Of a stretch of DNA of 64,000 nt, positions 12,256 to 27,559 are shown piece by piece. Each line of letters begins with the position of its first letter. Position 1 is the stretch's first letter. The translations under genes and the position numbers were made by a program. Under the pieces are notes generated by a model that saw nothing but the letters and a program-made list of their open reading frames with translations, was not told the DNA's origin and did not search any database. Origin of the DNA: the human T2T-CHM13v2.0 reference genome, Homo sapiens; assembly GCF_009914755.1 (NCBI RefSeq), contig NC_060938.1, one strand, 5' to 3'.

Positions 12256-12787
12256 AGAACTGAGTTCTGAGACATTGGTATAAAGGGGACAATCAATAAA
12301 TTTTTGTTAAATGCATAAATGAACATTGCTGAGTATTTCTCTTTTGATAGGCAAAATGAGGACAGATTCTTAAAAAACAAAAAAATGACATCTGCAAAAA
12401 CACTGATGCTTAATGATTGACAAATATGACCCTATTATATCTAGTCACTCAGGTTTAGCCATAAAAAAATAAATAAAATTGAATAAAAATCGCAGGAGGT
12501 AGAAAAATGGTGACATTGTGTTAGTTGAATGTTGACATTAGAGCTTGGCATCATTTGATTAGATTGATTCATTCATCATGTTGTTCAACAATTAGTTGCT
12601 GAACAATTTTTATGTGAGAAGACAAAAGCCTTTTGACTTTTAGAAAGTAGAAATGACCAGGTTAAACTAATGTAACAGGACACACATCTGAGAAGTGGGA
12701 AACCTAGTGCTTAGTGTTGACTTTGTGAGAGATTAAATGGGGGCGTAGCTGTGTGCTCTTAATCTCTTCACAAGTTGTGGAGAGATT

Positions 12788-12824
12788 GTATATACACACA
12801 AACATTTGTGTTTATATTTGTGAG

Positions 12825-12865
<41 letters not shown>

Positions 12866-12898
12866 TACATACACAAACCTATATAGGCATATATATGA
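12788..12898. repeat. (TA)n(CA)n compound microsatellite
   Basis: Directly visible. Confidence 0.9.
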
Positions 12899-13332
12899 AT
12901 AAAAGGAGATTTGTTATGAGGACCTGGCTTATATGTTTATGGAGGCTGAAGAGTTTGAGAAGTCTGCTGTCTGCAAACTGAAGACCCAGAAAAGCTGGTG
13001 GTATAATTAAGTCCAAGTCCTAAGGCCTGAGAACCAGGGCAGCCAATGATGCAAATCCCAGTCCAAAAGCAGGATAAGATAAAATGAGATGTCCCAGCTC
13101 ACTCAGGGAGATAAATTTTAATAAAGCAAATTCTTTCTTCCTTCACCGTTTGTTCTATTCAGGCCCTCAATGGATTGGGTGATATCCACTCATACTGGGG
13201 AGGATAATCTACTGAGTTCGCTGATTCAAATGCTAATCTCATACTGAAACACCCTCACAAACACACTCTGAAAGAACATTTAATTTGGGCACCGTGTGGC
13301 TCAGAGAGGTTGACACATAAAATGAACCATCA
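12890..13332 (-). mobile_element. MLT2 (C-like) ERVL LTR
   Basis: atggaggctgaag...ctgtctgcaaactg...caaatgctaatctc...aaacaccctcaca...ttgacacataaaatgaaccatca. Confidence 0.8.
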
Positions 13333-14522
13333 GAGGTCATGTATGTAAAGCTCCTGGCATCAGGGCTGCTGTGCTGCCCAAATCCAGGGGTGGCTTTCAC
13401 ACTGTGTCTCTGTGTCTGAACCCTGTTGTCAGCGGCACTTCCTAGGACTGCCCCTGTTCCCTCATGATCCGCACTAATGAGTGCTACAGCTGTTGTTTTG
13501 AACAGGCACAATCGTGGAACAGAATCAGAAAGCAATTTTACTTTTGTCTTCTTTCGTTAATATTCATTCGGTGGGAATGTTTATTTTCCTCCAACAGTTA
13601 AAAAATTCAGTAAGATGCTCTACTTTTCTGGTTATTCATAGGTAATACAAATAGTACTGGTCCAGAAGTTAAATTGCCTAACCCCATAGGATTGTCAAAC
13701 TTCACACTTGATTTAAAGTGAAAACATCTGTCTCTGAGCTGAAATTTCTATGGGCTGTCTGCCTGCAGTTAGGGAGTGTATTGACAGCTGCTTCTTCCTT
13801 TCTATACCTCGCGTGTTCTTCTCTCCACGCCTGCTAACCATGATTTCCAACTCTCCTGGCATTAGAGCTGGGTGGAGGGTGTAGTGGAGATACCAGAGAG
13901 GGCAGGAAAGTTTTTTCCTTCACTGGTACTGCAAACACTGCCCTCATTTTCTCTGAGCTTGGTGGATGTGTATGACTGACTACTGTGGGACTCATTTGCA
14001 GTTTTTTTTTAAATTTTTTTTTAAGAGATTCTCCAGTCTCTGGAGATCCCTTATTCTGGAGTATCCTTGAAAAGGGAGGATGTTCTTTTATTACATCTCA
14101 TCTCATGTACCTGCTTCCTTGTCTCCTGAGAATTCAGTCATTCATATCTAGTTACTTTCTGCTGAGGACCTTTCAGCTTTCCAGCCTACTCTCTTGGACA
14201 AGACCTAAAATGACTCCACTTTAGTGCTCTCTTGCACGTGGCTCACAGAAAACCCTCTAGAATTCTTTGTTCTGATGCGTTCTAGGAGGGCAGGATAATA
14301 ATCAAATTGCTGTCTCACCTTTGCTCTGCCATAAAGTGGCTGGCTAGTTTCTGCTGTTAGATTTCTCAACTTTGAATCAGATAATTCAGTCTCTCCCCCA
14401 CTCTGAAATAGCAGTTATTAGGTTTTCTGAGTAGTGCTATTGAAGCTTTTTCACTAGATTTGAGGTAAGGAATGACACACCTTCCCTCCCTTTTTGGGAA
14501 GATTGGGGTCCACAGCATCCTT

Positions 14523-14844
<322 letters not shown>

Positions 14845-14917
14845 CTATTTTCACTCTTGACGTTTTATATATATCCTTAATGTAAGTGTAAGGGTCTAAC
14901 TGGTTTTCAAATATTAC

Positions 14918-15238
14918 TGTTGCAGGACTTTTCCTTAGTTCAGCTAAAGGTGGGATTCCTGTCTGTCCCATGACTGTGAAAATTTAGGCTCACAGACAGT
15001 TTAAAAGGTGAGTAAAGCAGGGTTTTATTGGGTGAAAAGGGAAAAAAGAGGGAAACAGGGATCCTATGCAAGGCCAGAGTCCCTGCTAGAGCGTTTCCCA
15101 CCTGCCGTTTGAATCCCAGGTTCCACACAGGGAGAGGAGGGGCCAGGCTCACTCCCCACTGCAAAGGGCGTGAACTTCCCAAGTCTCCACCTCAGTGGGC
15201 AGTCTGGCTGGAGTTTCTTCAGGGACCCCCTCCCACCT
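14918..15238 (-). mobile_element. ERV1 LTR, MER61-like
   Basis: tgttgcaggacttttccttagttcagctaaag...gtaaagcagggttttattggg (AATAAA on minus strand). Confidence 0.75.
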
Positions 15239-15239
15239 T

Positions 15240-15735
15240 TTTTTTTTTTTTTTTAATTAACTTTATTGAGATTTTCTGATACTTTAAAAAATCAACATAT
15301 GACAAAATGAACCTATTTTATTACAGTTCAATGAGTTTTGACAAATGGATACACACATGAACTCCATTATAGTCAATATATATTTTAATCAATCTAAGAA
15401 ATTCCCTCATGCCCCCATGAGGTTAATTCATCACCGCATCCCTAGCCCTAGACAACCATTGATCTACTTTCTGTCACGATAGATTAGCCTTTTCTGAAAT
15501 TTCTTACAATTGGAAACATACAATATATACTCTTTTATATATACCTTCTTTTGCTAACTATAATATTTTTGAGATTCAACCATGTTGTTTTGTGTATCAA
15601 TAATTCACCTCCCCCCTTTTTGCTGAATAGTATTACATTGCATGGTTATAGCACAATTTGTCAGTTCATTTACTGTTTATGGCCATGCAGATTGTTTCTA
15701 GTTTTTGGCTATTACAACTTAAGTTGTTATGGCAC
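15240..15735 (-). mobile_element. Old L1M 3' end
   Basis: T-tract then tttattgag...acagttcaatgagttttgacaaatg...ttgatctactttctgtc. Confidence 0.8.
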
Positions 15736-16369
15736 AGTCTGGTGATGTATTGGTTCTCTCCATGGGACATATTCTACTTTATGTTTGTTTCGGGGTTTTA
15801 TTTTTGTTTAAAACTTTACAATTTTTACATTGTTGTGGAAGATAATCTGTAGCCTAAGATTCATCTTCTAAATGACTTGTTTTGCTTACTCATGTATTAT
15901 CAGGTTTCATGTCCTATTGCAGACCAGATAATTATATATATATTTGTCACCTTTGGGATATTGGGCAATTGGTTGTGAAAGGGACCTTTTGAACCATATA
16001 GGGAGGCCCTGGGATGTGTAGCTGTTGTTATGTGTAGCTTTTGAGCTAGCCCTTCACATGCCCACAGAGCAATTAGTTGATAAAGATGAACACCACCAGT
16101 CACGTGCATTCCAGATCATCCTCCTGGGTGTCTCCAGTCTGCTCCTGTGTCTGCCTGGCCATACACTCTGTGCTCTGATTCTTGTTGTTAATCACATTCC
16201 TGCTATTCTACAGTTACTAGTATTGGTTGTCATGGGCTTAGATTCTTAGTTTTTCTTCAAGGATTTGGCTCTAAAAGGCCTTATGTATAGCCACCTCAGG
16301 TAGGTTACTTCTCCTTGACCCAGTCCGGATTCTAAATCTTATGTGGTTCCTAAAAAGGTGGGTGTTTTG

Positions 16370-16748
16370 ATGGAAGCACTTAAAGTCATGTCATATAAGA
16401 AAATATGGAATTAACTGGACATTCTTAGCATAATGGAGAGAATACTAACTATAGATAAAATTGCTATCTTCAAATATTTGAAGGCCTGATGAGAAGGAAT
16501 AAGCTGATTATTTTTCTTGGGTGGGGAAGGTTCCAAGATATATAACTGATCATTGGGTAGAAGATTTGGAAATAGCGTTTTTGTCCTGATAGTCAGAATC
16601 AGCTAAAAATTGAATGGGCTGTGGTTGAGAAGTAATCAACTAATGTCATTGCAGGTGTTTTAAGGTTATATGCTTGGGACTAGTAGGGTAGCTGGATTAA
16701 ATAAGATTTAAAGTTCCTTCTATTCCTGAGATTTTATGAATCTATGAT
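16370..16748 (+). mobile_element. L3/CR1 3' region
   Basis: tcttcaaatatttgaaggc...ttccttctattcctgagattttatgaatctatga (CR1-type terminal repeat). Confidence 0.6.
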
Positions 16749-17551
16749 ACATAGTTTTTGAATGTTTTCTTATGGAAAATTGCTCAGACATATTGCTGGC
16801 TAATATAATTTTCTTTGTGTAGTTCTCAACTCCTAGGAAAGAAATGATAGAACACTGACAGAATTTAAGAGAGCCAATAAAGTAAAGAGTTAGTGTATGA
16901 GTTGGGAAGGTTACCAAACAAGCAAATAAATCTTAGAATTAAAAGTGGCTATGAGTAGATGATTTCTCATCTTAGGGTTGTAAGGTGGGCAGGTGAAAAG
17001 GACAAATAAACAAACCTTAGAATAAAAATGTTGCCATATGCAGATTTCTGACTTTAGAGCTGTGGAACACACGGGTACCTGGAATACTATTAATGTAATC
17101 TGCTGGTGTTCACCTAAGAAGATCAAGTGGGTATCTATTTCTCCTAATTTTTATTTTATTTTGGTAAATCAAGATCATTCTTTTCATTGAATGCAGAGTG
17201 GAGTTTCTATTATTAGCTGTTTTATAAAGTTTTAATAGCAACAATGAAAAGAAATTCCATGTTTTTACCAAATAAGCTCCAGGCTAATCAGGTTCCAGGG
17301 AAATGCTGTAGTAACTTTGACTTGGCAATCAAGCGCAGTCACTGAATTGTTTAAGTAGATGAAAAACAGCTTGTTTTCTTTGCCTTTTTGTGGTATTCCC
17401 ACGTCAATTTTTTTTAAGCTTCATTAACTGATTTTACACTGTTAGAGTTACTTAACACAGTCAGTATACAAGTGCTTATTTAACAGCCCAGTGCAGTTTA
17501 GCAGTATACTTAAAAACACTTTCCAGGATAAATGTTGTACTTTATTAGTTT

Positions 17552-17554
<3 letters not shown>

Positions 17555-17603
<49 letters not shown>
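17555..17603. repeat. (TA)n microsatellite
   Basis: Directly visible. Confidence 0.95.
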
Positions 17604-17604
<1 letters not shown>

Positions 17605-17636
17605 TTTCATGATTACAAGTGATATCTATTTTCTAG

Positions 17637-17987
<351 letters not shown>

Positions 17988-18460
17988 TGAGTATTTCATT
18001 TTTACTTCTTCCTTTTGTTTTAAAGAATAGTTTCTTCCTAATCAGCTGAGTTTGGAATTTCATAGTTTGTATGTACCGCAGCACAATTTTGTAAGCATGG
18101 CTAATTAATAAAATTAGTGGTTGAGTTTTTTATTTCTGATATTTTACGAGAGGGTGCATTTTATTAGCAGAATATCCCCAAGCATGATACATAAAGAACC
18201 CTGCTGGATGATCCATTAGAGAGTCAAGTAATAATTAAGAGATCAACCTTTGGACAAGAGCATCATATTATGGTGCCCCCTGGACTTCATGAAAGGTGGA
18301 AAGACACTCTGGAGAAGGACATTGGGACAGTGAGATTTTTTTCAGTAGAGAAAGGTAAGACATTTGTTATCTTGAGCACTGCAGACAAGCCAGAAGTTAG
18401 GAGGAGAGCTGTTCCCAGGACTTTTAACCAATAGTGTTGTTGGTTAAAGAGTACCATGGG

Positions 18461-18801
<341 letters not shown>

Positions 18802-20999
18802 TTAATTGCAGATGATCATAATGAAAATTTGGTGAGGTTTATATTGTCAGTTTAAAAAATATATTAAATACTTTTTAAAAAGCTAGTCAGAAATAGGGAT
18901 AAGGGCTTCTACTAGTTTAAAGTTGTTTTTGCTTCCAGTTTTTCTCACTTCTTCCATAATACCCATGGTAACTAAATTATAAATGCCACTCAGTAGGTGA
19001 AACTCTCCTCTACAGTGTTAGAGGTTCATGTGGGCTGGGGCTGTGTCTCATTTTCCTTTCTAATCCCTAGCAGGAGGGAGAGCAGGAGGAAGAAGGGAGC
19101 TTGTATGTGCAGGCTTTACAGCTGGTGACTGGAAAGCTGCTGTCGTGGTGGATTGGATCTGGATATGGGAGAAAGCCCACGGTGGGGATCAGGTTGATGT
19201 GTGCCTGCCGGAGGCCTAGGTGGAGGTGGCTATGACTGAGGTGAAATCACCCAATGAAAATAAGTCAGTGACCTACCTTAGGATGTGTCTTCATCCATTA
19301 TAATTTTGGTTATTATTGAATTTTGCTAGGGGAAGAATTATATATGACATATTTTGTTATTCCCAATGCGTAGCACATAGCTCTTGAATACTGTGTATAG
19401 CCAAGTATATCTTTCTTGAATTCTTAGATATTTCTTCCATCCAGTAGGAAAATGCTTGAGGAACATTTGTTTTAGAGATAGAGTTGGGTTGGGCTTATGC
19501 TATGCTTGCTTTAGGTTGTATGTGTATTGTACAGTAGTGGTAGTTGTAGTAGTAGTAGAAGACATATGAAACAAAATAAAAAAGGAAGGAGAAAGAAAAG
19601 GATTTGTTATGTGTCTCACAAAAATATTTTCTCCTAATTTTAAGATTGATAAATATATAAACATACTCTCTAGTTCAAAAGATAGAATCTAGTGTTTTGT
19701 TCATTGTTTAGTTCAAAAGTCTATATCTTAAAGGAAATTAATCATCTAATTTCTCATTCTCTAATACCTCTGAAGCACTTATTCTTTGTTGAATAGAATG
19801 CCTGTTGAATCTTTTCACTGAATATTAATCCTTCTTAAAATTGGAATTGACTTTTGATTAAGAGTCATCTAACTGGAATACCTAAGAAGTCATAACTTTG
19901 ATGGGCTTTAAATATAGCCAGACTTTCTCTGAGAAATGTATTACATTTCATATGATGAGACATTATTTCAGGAATAACTTAATGAACCTTAAATTAGATA
20001 TTTTTAATCATCCTTTATGTAGGACAGGATTTGTGTCTAACTTATCTGAGGGAGTCTACAGAATCACTGGAGATAAAAGCCGTTTTCATTTTGACAGGTT
20101 GTTTAGGGATTCTGTCAATGCAAAGAATTTCACCAGAATTGATTTCTTTATGCATAAAGAACTGTAATTTAATACCAAAAAGTCATAGAAAGAAACAGAT
20201 ATGCACATAGCTTTCTCTCACCCAACGATAGAACATTTGTAAAAGGTATGTGATGTAAGAAAAGCATGCACTTCTTTGATAAACATTTCCATCAATATGA
20301 GGTTAGTTGGATAACTAATTACGAATATCAAAAACAATTACAATATCAAAAACATTATGGTCTTACACATTGCATTTCTTACAGTAGGTACTAAGAGTGG
20401 CTCGGATGGCTGTGTGCTAAAAATCACATTCATGTCTATGGCAGAAGTGATATGTTAACTTGAGTTATTGTCAGCTCTGAGGCAATCCTCATAGCTCCTC
20501 CTACACTCTCCTTTCTTTTCAACTTTCTGCCAGATTTAGAATTAATTTTGCATTGTGGGATGAAAGAACATAAAACCATAGTGCTCAGAGAATGTCAACC
20601 GAAACCTTGATAGATCTTGACCTGCTTTTCCCTCGTAAAGAAAAGGCCATATAGAGTGCTTACAGATAATTGGTTTAAAATAATCCTAACTTATTTTTAG
20701 TTTTAGGTGAGAATCCCTGAGTATTTTATCAGACTTGACTTGGGGCTAACATAGGCGGGAAGTAATAGGAGAGTGGGCCAAAAGCTGATTCACAGGGAAT
20801 GCTAGAAAGAATGCATTTAGCGCTTACAGCTAATGGATCTCAAGGGAGAAGATAAACAAAGTTTTTGAGAGAAGCAGCAGTTTTTGTTATTTAGCGCTGA
20901 TGGAGCATGGGCATTCTAATTTGCATATTGAATACCAAGTACTGAAGGATGGAAGAGATGTGGCACAGCACAGTAAGAGGAGACTTCTGTCATTCTTAC

Positions 21000-21085
21000 A
21001 TTAGTCTGTGGTTTCAACTAGCTTTGTAACCATGGGAAAGTGCAAACTCTCTGAGCCTCAAGTTCCTTGTCTGTTAAGTGAGGGC
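21000..21085 (+). mobile_element. MIR fragment
   Basis: ctctctgagcctcaagttccttgtctgttaagtgaggg. Confidence 0.55.
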
Positions 21086-21089
21086 TAGT

Positions 21090-21850
21090 CTATATTAAAA
21101 GTTTTAATGTCTCTGGGACATTTTAGAAATCTGTGTGGATGTTTTCAACTGTCAAAATGATTGGGGAAACTCAACTCACATTTATAGGGTGGAAACAGAA
21201 ATGCCTAACGTCTTAAAATGGGTCCTGCACAACCAAAAATTGTCCTTTATCTGACATGACATTTGACTATCCCAGTGAACATTTATATAGGCAAAACAAA
21301 ACCTGTTTGTAATTTTCTGAGCATAGGACCTAACTCCTTTCACATATCCAACAAAGTATTTTCTGTATCACATTAAGAAATCAGGTACAAAATTTAACAG
21401 ATGTTATATTTTACAGGATTCCATATGTGTATCTTGGGAGAAAATTTTAATTTGTTTTCTTTGGGACTCTCAAAGAGTTGTTCACCATCCAGGAAATGAT
21501 GTTCCAACAGTGTACTCCTCATGGAATTCGAATAGCTAATACTCTCGTGCAGTCTGCATTTGTAGCAGTGGCAGTTATGGTAATTTATGCAGAGCTTAAG
21601 TCTGACTACTTTGTTATATTTCCCAGTATAGTTGTACACAAGCATCTACCCTTTTGGATACATATTATTTTACTTAAAGTTGATTTGTCATTCTCCTTTT
21701 CATTACATTATGGAATTATACATACCTATATGATATTGTGTGCAGGTTGGTTATATTATCTTTGAATTTAAATTTTGGGATAATAAAGGGGTAATTTCTA
21801 AATATTTGATATAAAAATAAGTATTTAGTCTGATTGGGTTGAGAACCACT
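21090..21850 (+). mobile_element. MER20B-like hAT-Charlie element
   Basis: gggacattttagaaatctg...tgcacaaccaaaaattgtcc...terminal ggttgagaaccactg. Confidence 0.65.
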
Positions 21851-22286
21851 GAATTTAGATGTCTTCAAAATTGCTTCTATTGTCAGCAAACTGTCTCTCT
21901 AAATAATATGACTATAGCACATGCTTTTTAACCAGTAAGTATCTAAATTTATTTGTCCTATTATAGTGGGAAAGGCTAACTTCCAGGAAAAGATCAAAAG
22001 GATGATGAGGAAATGGCCTGGAATATGGTGTAATTAGAAAATAGTAGAGAGGAGGTTAACATCTCTTTTTCTTATATCTAATGAATTTTGAAACTGCTGT
22101 GATGTGCCTGCTACTTGTTACTAATCACAATTTAAGATAAAGTATTATATGATTACTGAATCTATAGTTAAGAAAAAATGGTTACTTTTTACAAGAGTTT
22201 ACATTTCTTGAGCACATTTCCTGTCATTGAGTTCACACACAAATTTATAAATTCATAACAAGTTCATAAACTTCTAGATGAATTAC

Positions 22287-22695
22287 TTTTTTCCCAATTT
22301 TAAAAATTGTGTTAATATACAAATAACATAAAATTTATCATATTAACCGTTTTAAAGTATGCAGTTTAGTGGTATTAAATACATTTATATTGTTGAGCAA
22401 CCATCACTACCATCTGTGTCTGTAATAATGCTTTTCATTTTGTAAAACTGAATGCTATACCTATTAAACAATAACTAATTTCCCCTTGCCCCACCCCCTG
22501 GCAAACACTATCCCATTATCTATGATTTTGACTACTCTACCTCTTATAAGTATAATCATTTAATATTTGTCTTTTTGTGAGTGGCTTATTTGACTTATCA
22601 TAATGTCCTCAAGATTCATCCATTTTGTAGCTTATGTCAGAATTTCCTTCCATTTAGTGGCCAAATAATATTCCATTGTGCGTTTATATTTACAT
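22287..22695 (-). mobile_element. L1MB-type 3' end
   Basis: aacataaaatttatcatattaaccg...tggcttatttgacttatcataatgtcctcaagattcatcca. Confidence 0.85.
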
Positions 22696-23895
22696 AGTAG
22701 GGCTTCTGAATAGAAGATATATATGATTTTTAAATAAACACCCAAGAGGACTGACATTACATTTTGCATATCTCCTAAGGATAGTTTTGCAAGGTACAAA
22801 TGATGTCAAAATAGCAATTCAGTGATGAGCATAAACGTTCACTGTTCTCTTTGAGTTATCATCATGGATATTGCAGTGAGTAAAATGTTGCCTTCTGCTT
22901 GTTATCTATTGATGTCAGGAACTGTGGCTTTGCCAGTGATTTTTCTCTTGGCCTTATATTCCATACCTTTTTCAACCTTCAGTTTAATCCAGTGACAAAA
23001 TACAAAGATGCTGAGAGAAGTGGGACAGGGCAAGGACAGAGTGGCAGGAAGCATGGGTTGTGTACCAAATAACCATATACTCTTGGGTCTCTAATTATTT
23101 AGGTCTAAAATAATGCATTAGATAGCATGATGTCTTAGTTTTCTTCTGGCTCTAAATTTCTTTGGTTTGTAGATAAGCCAAAATTATATTATCAGCTATA
23201 GGCTTTGAATAATATTATGTGATACATTTACCACATCCAAATTATCAGGCCTAATATCTACCTGTTTTTGAAAGTTTCATTAATGGTTTTTTCCATAGGT
23301 AATAACTGAAAGTGATTTGGGATTGAGGAAGGTGACAAGGATGTATTGGGAGACTGCTGATCTCTGGAAGGGCCTCAGGTCATGCAAGAGACAGAAAAGT
23401 CTAAAAGCCAGTGTGAAATAGGCAAATGCCCAGTAGAGAAGAGAACCTAAAGTCTTCGATATTTTCCTGTGTCCAGATCTCATGGAGCCAAGTGACATTG
23501 AAGTCTTTTCTCTTGGCCAATTAGATCAAAGACACTGGCTGCACTACTCAATATTAGAACACCTCTTGTCAGTTGCTTTGTTTGTCTTTGCTTCAGTTCT
23601 GATAACAGTTTACCTGCAGGCCTAGGGAGTCCACAGCAAGCTGGTGTACTAGTCCTTGGCACAGCATTTTCTCTTGTAGTCCTTACACCTGGTCCCAGAT
23701 TTCATAAATAGTCCCTTTACTAAGCTCTCCTCAAATTGCTCTATTTGAGTGTGTCATCTGTTCCTGCTGGTACCATTATTGGACAAAGTGAGATGAAAAA
23801 AGGATGACTGTTACTCAGAGAGGCTGGTTCCTCTAATGAGACATTGATTTGCATAAGAGTCATACTATGGGAAGGAGTTAGTGCTATTACCAGGT

Positions 23896-24350
23896 ATAGT
23901 AGGCTGATTAATAGACCCCAAAGATGTCTGGGTACTAATCCCCAGAACCTGTGAATCTTACCTTATATGGTAAAAAAGGACTTTGTGGAATTGATTAAAT
24001 TAACAGTCTTGCCAAGAAAAGATTATCCTGGATTAGCCAGATAGGCCCAATGCAAGCTCAAGAGTTTGATAAGGGGAAGGCTGGAGGGTGAGAGTTTGAG
24101 AAGGAGATGGAACAATAGATGCAGAGGACAGAGCAATGCCATTGCTGGAAGGGGCCATGAGCCAAGTCGTGCAGGCAAGCCTCTAGAATCTGGAAGAGGC
24201 AAGGCAATGAAATGTCCCTTAGAGCCTGCAGGAGGAATGCCAGTAACTTAGTTTTAGAACTGACCTCCAGAACTGTAGATAATAAATCTGTGTTGTTTAA
24301 AACCACTACTTTCAGGTAATTTGTTACAGCAGCAATAGAAAACAAACACA
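23896..24350 (+). mobile_element. MLT1D-like MaLR LTR
   Basis: ccccaaagatgtc...gattatcctggattagccag...aataaatctgtgttgtttaaaaccac...ttgttacagcagcaatagaaaacaaacaca. Confidence 0.85.
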
Positions 24351-24507
24351 CCTGAGAATGGGATTAACAATTGGTTAGTTTTCAATTTTGAATGAATTTG
24401 TTCACTTACATTAAATAACATTTTGATCATATATAAAAATAGTAGAGTATAATGAATTTTCTTCTGTTGATTTAAAAACATCTCCTAAGACTCAGCTTCT
24501 TCTCACT

Positions 24508-25306
24508 TGTAGTGGGTATTCATCATTATTTCTGACTTCTCAGCATCTGAAACCCCTGGCTATGTTTTGAGGAATTTAGCATCTGATGAGTTCTTGGTTG
24601 GGGTAGAGACCAGTAGCAAAGCTGAAGGCTGAAATTCTTAGTAACTTGCCTTCAAAACATTCCTTGCTGCTGGGCTACAGACTGAAGACCTAGACATTGC
24701 CAAATAGATGCACTATGCCATTCTTCAGAATCAGTGATAGAAGCAAAGGGATGGTGGTTGCAAATGAAGTTCCCAGCCCTGAAGTGGCAGCAGAGGTAAC
24801 TGTAGCAAGGTTGAGTTTCTCAGAGATAGTAGCAGCAATTTACTCCATACTTCAGTTCTGCTGTGTGGTTTGGAATTTTGTTACTAGTTGTATAGCTTCA
24901 AGCCTAATTTTCTTTTTCTTTTTCTTTTTTTTTTTGAGACAGAGTCTCACTCTGTCGCCCAGGCTGGAGTGCAGTGGTGTGATCTTGGCTCACTGCAATC
25001 TCTTCCTCCCAGTTTCAAGCAGTTCTCCTGCCTCAGCCTCCTGAGTAGCTGAGATTACAGGCATGTGCCACTACCCCTGGCTAATTTTTGTGTTTATAGT
25101 AGAGACGGGGTTTTACCATGTTGGCCAGGCTGGTCTCGAACTCCTGACCTCGTGATCTGCCCTCCTCGGCCTCCCAAAGTGCTGGGATTACAGGCATGAG
25201 TCACCGCGCCTGGCCTTCAAGCCTCATTTTAAATGGTTTTAACAAATTATCTTTGTTCTTAATCTAGCTGGAATTGTTTTATGTTGCTTGAAACTAAGAA
25301 CCCTGA
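24508..25306 (+). mobile_element. Old MLT1 LTR interrupted by an Alu
   Basis: tgtagtggg... start; ...tgttgcttgaaactaagaaccctga end. Confidence 0.55.
24907..25215 (-). mobile_element. Alu (AluSg/Sx-like)
   Basis: TSD ttcaagcct(a/c)atttt at 24897 and 25216. Confidence 0.95.
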
Positions 25307-25399
25307 TTAACTCTTATGATAATTCAACTTAAAATTTTTTGACTTTTTTATGGTTTTATTGAGACATAACCCTATCATAAGTCCAGGAACACCTGTACA

Positions 25400-25799
25400 C
25401 ACTTTCCATTCTGCCATCTTTTGTGGTGGCATTGACCTCAGGCAAGCTTCACTCTTGACCTCACGATAGCTGCAGTTTTTGCAGGAATTAGAGGCAGACA
25501 TAACAGCCAGGGAGAAGAAATCACCTATATATGTTTCACTCTTAGGAATGGAGGCCCCTTTACCTCAAGTCTCCTAGCAGGTCTTCCCTTACCCCTATGG
25601 GCTAGAATAACATCTCATGGCAGTACACAATCACTAATCACTGGCCAGGAGAAAGAGACTACAATTTTTATGTTAGATCATTAAGAACCTTATTACATGG
25701 CTTTATGGTAGAGGATGAATACCTGAATAAAGTCAGAGCTTTGCTTAAAAAGAAGGGTGAGAAAGTATATTGTTTAATGAATCAACAGTGCCGGCCACA
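25400..25799 (-). mobile_element. Old MLT1 (K-like) LTR
   Basis: ctgccatcttttg...aatcactggccagg...caacagtgccggccaca. Confidence 0.55.
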
Positions 25800-27071
25800 A
25801 ATAAAATTTCTGTGAAAAAAAGAAAATGTGTGAAAAGCTTTTCACACTGCACCTGGCACAGTTGAAGCACTCAAATAAAAACTTGCAATATTTCTAGCAG
25901 AATCCCTTGGGAAACCTTGTAGAATACATATAACTCAGACTTCATCCCAGTCCTACTGAAACAAAATATTTAGACGCAGTGCCTAGTCATTCATATTTTA
26001 AAAACTTCCTCAAGAGATTCTCAATATATCCCTGGTTAAGAATCAACAAAGAGGAATGACTGTAGCATTTTAAGTAAGATGGAATAGTGTTCCCAGTGGG
26101 GCAGTTCCTTAGAGCAGAGTGAGAGATCTATTTATTAAATATGGCATTATATTGTAGTGGGCTGATGACAAAGGGAAACTAGAAAAAGTGCCTCTATTAT
26201 ATCTTAAGAATGGGAGTTTCAGAGATATTTGACCTGAGTTGTTTTATCAAGGGGACCTTCTACCTAGGTGAAGTTTCCTATTGCTTCTTTTTGGTAGGTC
26301 ATGAGTTAATGTTAAATTGTTGGCAAGTCAAAGACTAAGCAGTAAAAGCTATCTGTCCTCATAAAGAGCTGTTGAAACCTGAGGAAATAAAGGCTTGAAT
26401 TGCCCTAGGGCAAGGCTGGTTGCCGCTACTCTGTCAAAGGTGAATTGGTTTTTCTAGTTCTTCTTAGTCACTCAGCTCAGTGGTTTTTAACTTAACTGCC
26501 ACCTTTTTAATTGGCTAACATTATTGTTCAGGGTTTCACCTGAAGGTCTAGTGCAGGGGACTGGTATGGGGGCATAACAACACCAACTGGAAAAAATCCA
26601 TTTAACCTGTTTGCTTTTGGCATGGATAACCCTGTGCTTCCTGCTGATCAGGAATAAATAAGTAAAAGTCAAAGTCATGATAAAATTTCTCACATATTTA
26701 GTGAAAAACACAATAGAAGAAAATTGATACAATGAAAAAGGCAATCAGATAAAAGAATACCATGTTTGAAGATAACATGCCCATGTAGAGAGCAGAAGTG
26801 TTTGTTTACACAGGGGTTTTGGAGTATTCAGGGCATACATCAGGTTTTCGGTTAGTGGCTGGTGAGTTAAAAGCTAATAGGAAATGAAGAAACAGAAAGC
26901 CTAAGCCTTTCTAAGAAGACAAATAAGGAGATTCTTTGAGAAAGGTATTGTTTTGTTTTGTTTTAAAGATGTGAAATACTTAAGGATGTTTAAAGGCTCC
27001 TGACAAGGATTTATTAGAGGTACAGGTGGCAGATAGAGGATATCACAGGAATTATTTATAGTATATATTCT

Positions 27072-27447
27072 TGCTCTGGTGTGAATGTTTGTTGCCCACA
27101 AATTCATATGTGGAAATGTTAACCCCAAAGGTGATGGTATTTAAAAAGGGGCCTTTTCCAGACGATTATGTTGCAAAAGTGAATCCTCTTGAATGAGATT
27201 GTGCCCTTAACTCCTTTGCTCAAAAGAGACCCCCGTGAGACCTCTTCTCAGCCCTTCCACCTGGTAAGGAACACAGTTCCAAAGTGCCATCTATGAGCCA
27301 GAATGCAGGTTCTCACAAGACACCAAATCTGATGGTGCCCTGATCTTGAACTCCTCAATCTCCAGAATGATGAGAAAGAAATTTCTGTTATTTATAAGCC
27401 ACCCAGTCTATGGTATTTTGTTATAGTAGCCTGAATGGACTAAAATA
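27072..27447 (+). mobile_element. MLT1A0-like MaLR solo LTR
   Basis: tgctctggtgtgaatg...ataagccacccagtctatggtattttgttatagtagcctgaatggactaaaata; TSD attct/gttct. Confidence 0.85.
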
Positions 27448-27559
27448 GTTCTGAGAAAAGTTGGAGGAGCAAGGATGTACAGTATGTTGGGAGGGATGTG
27501 TCTTAGCTAGGAGAGCAGAACCTTTGTTCTCAAATCACTATGTACGAATGCTCTTAAGA

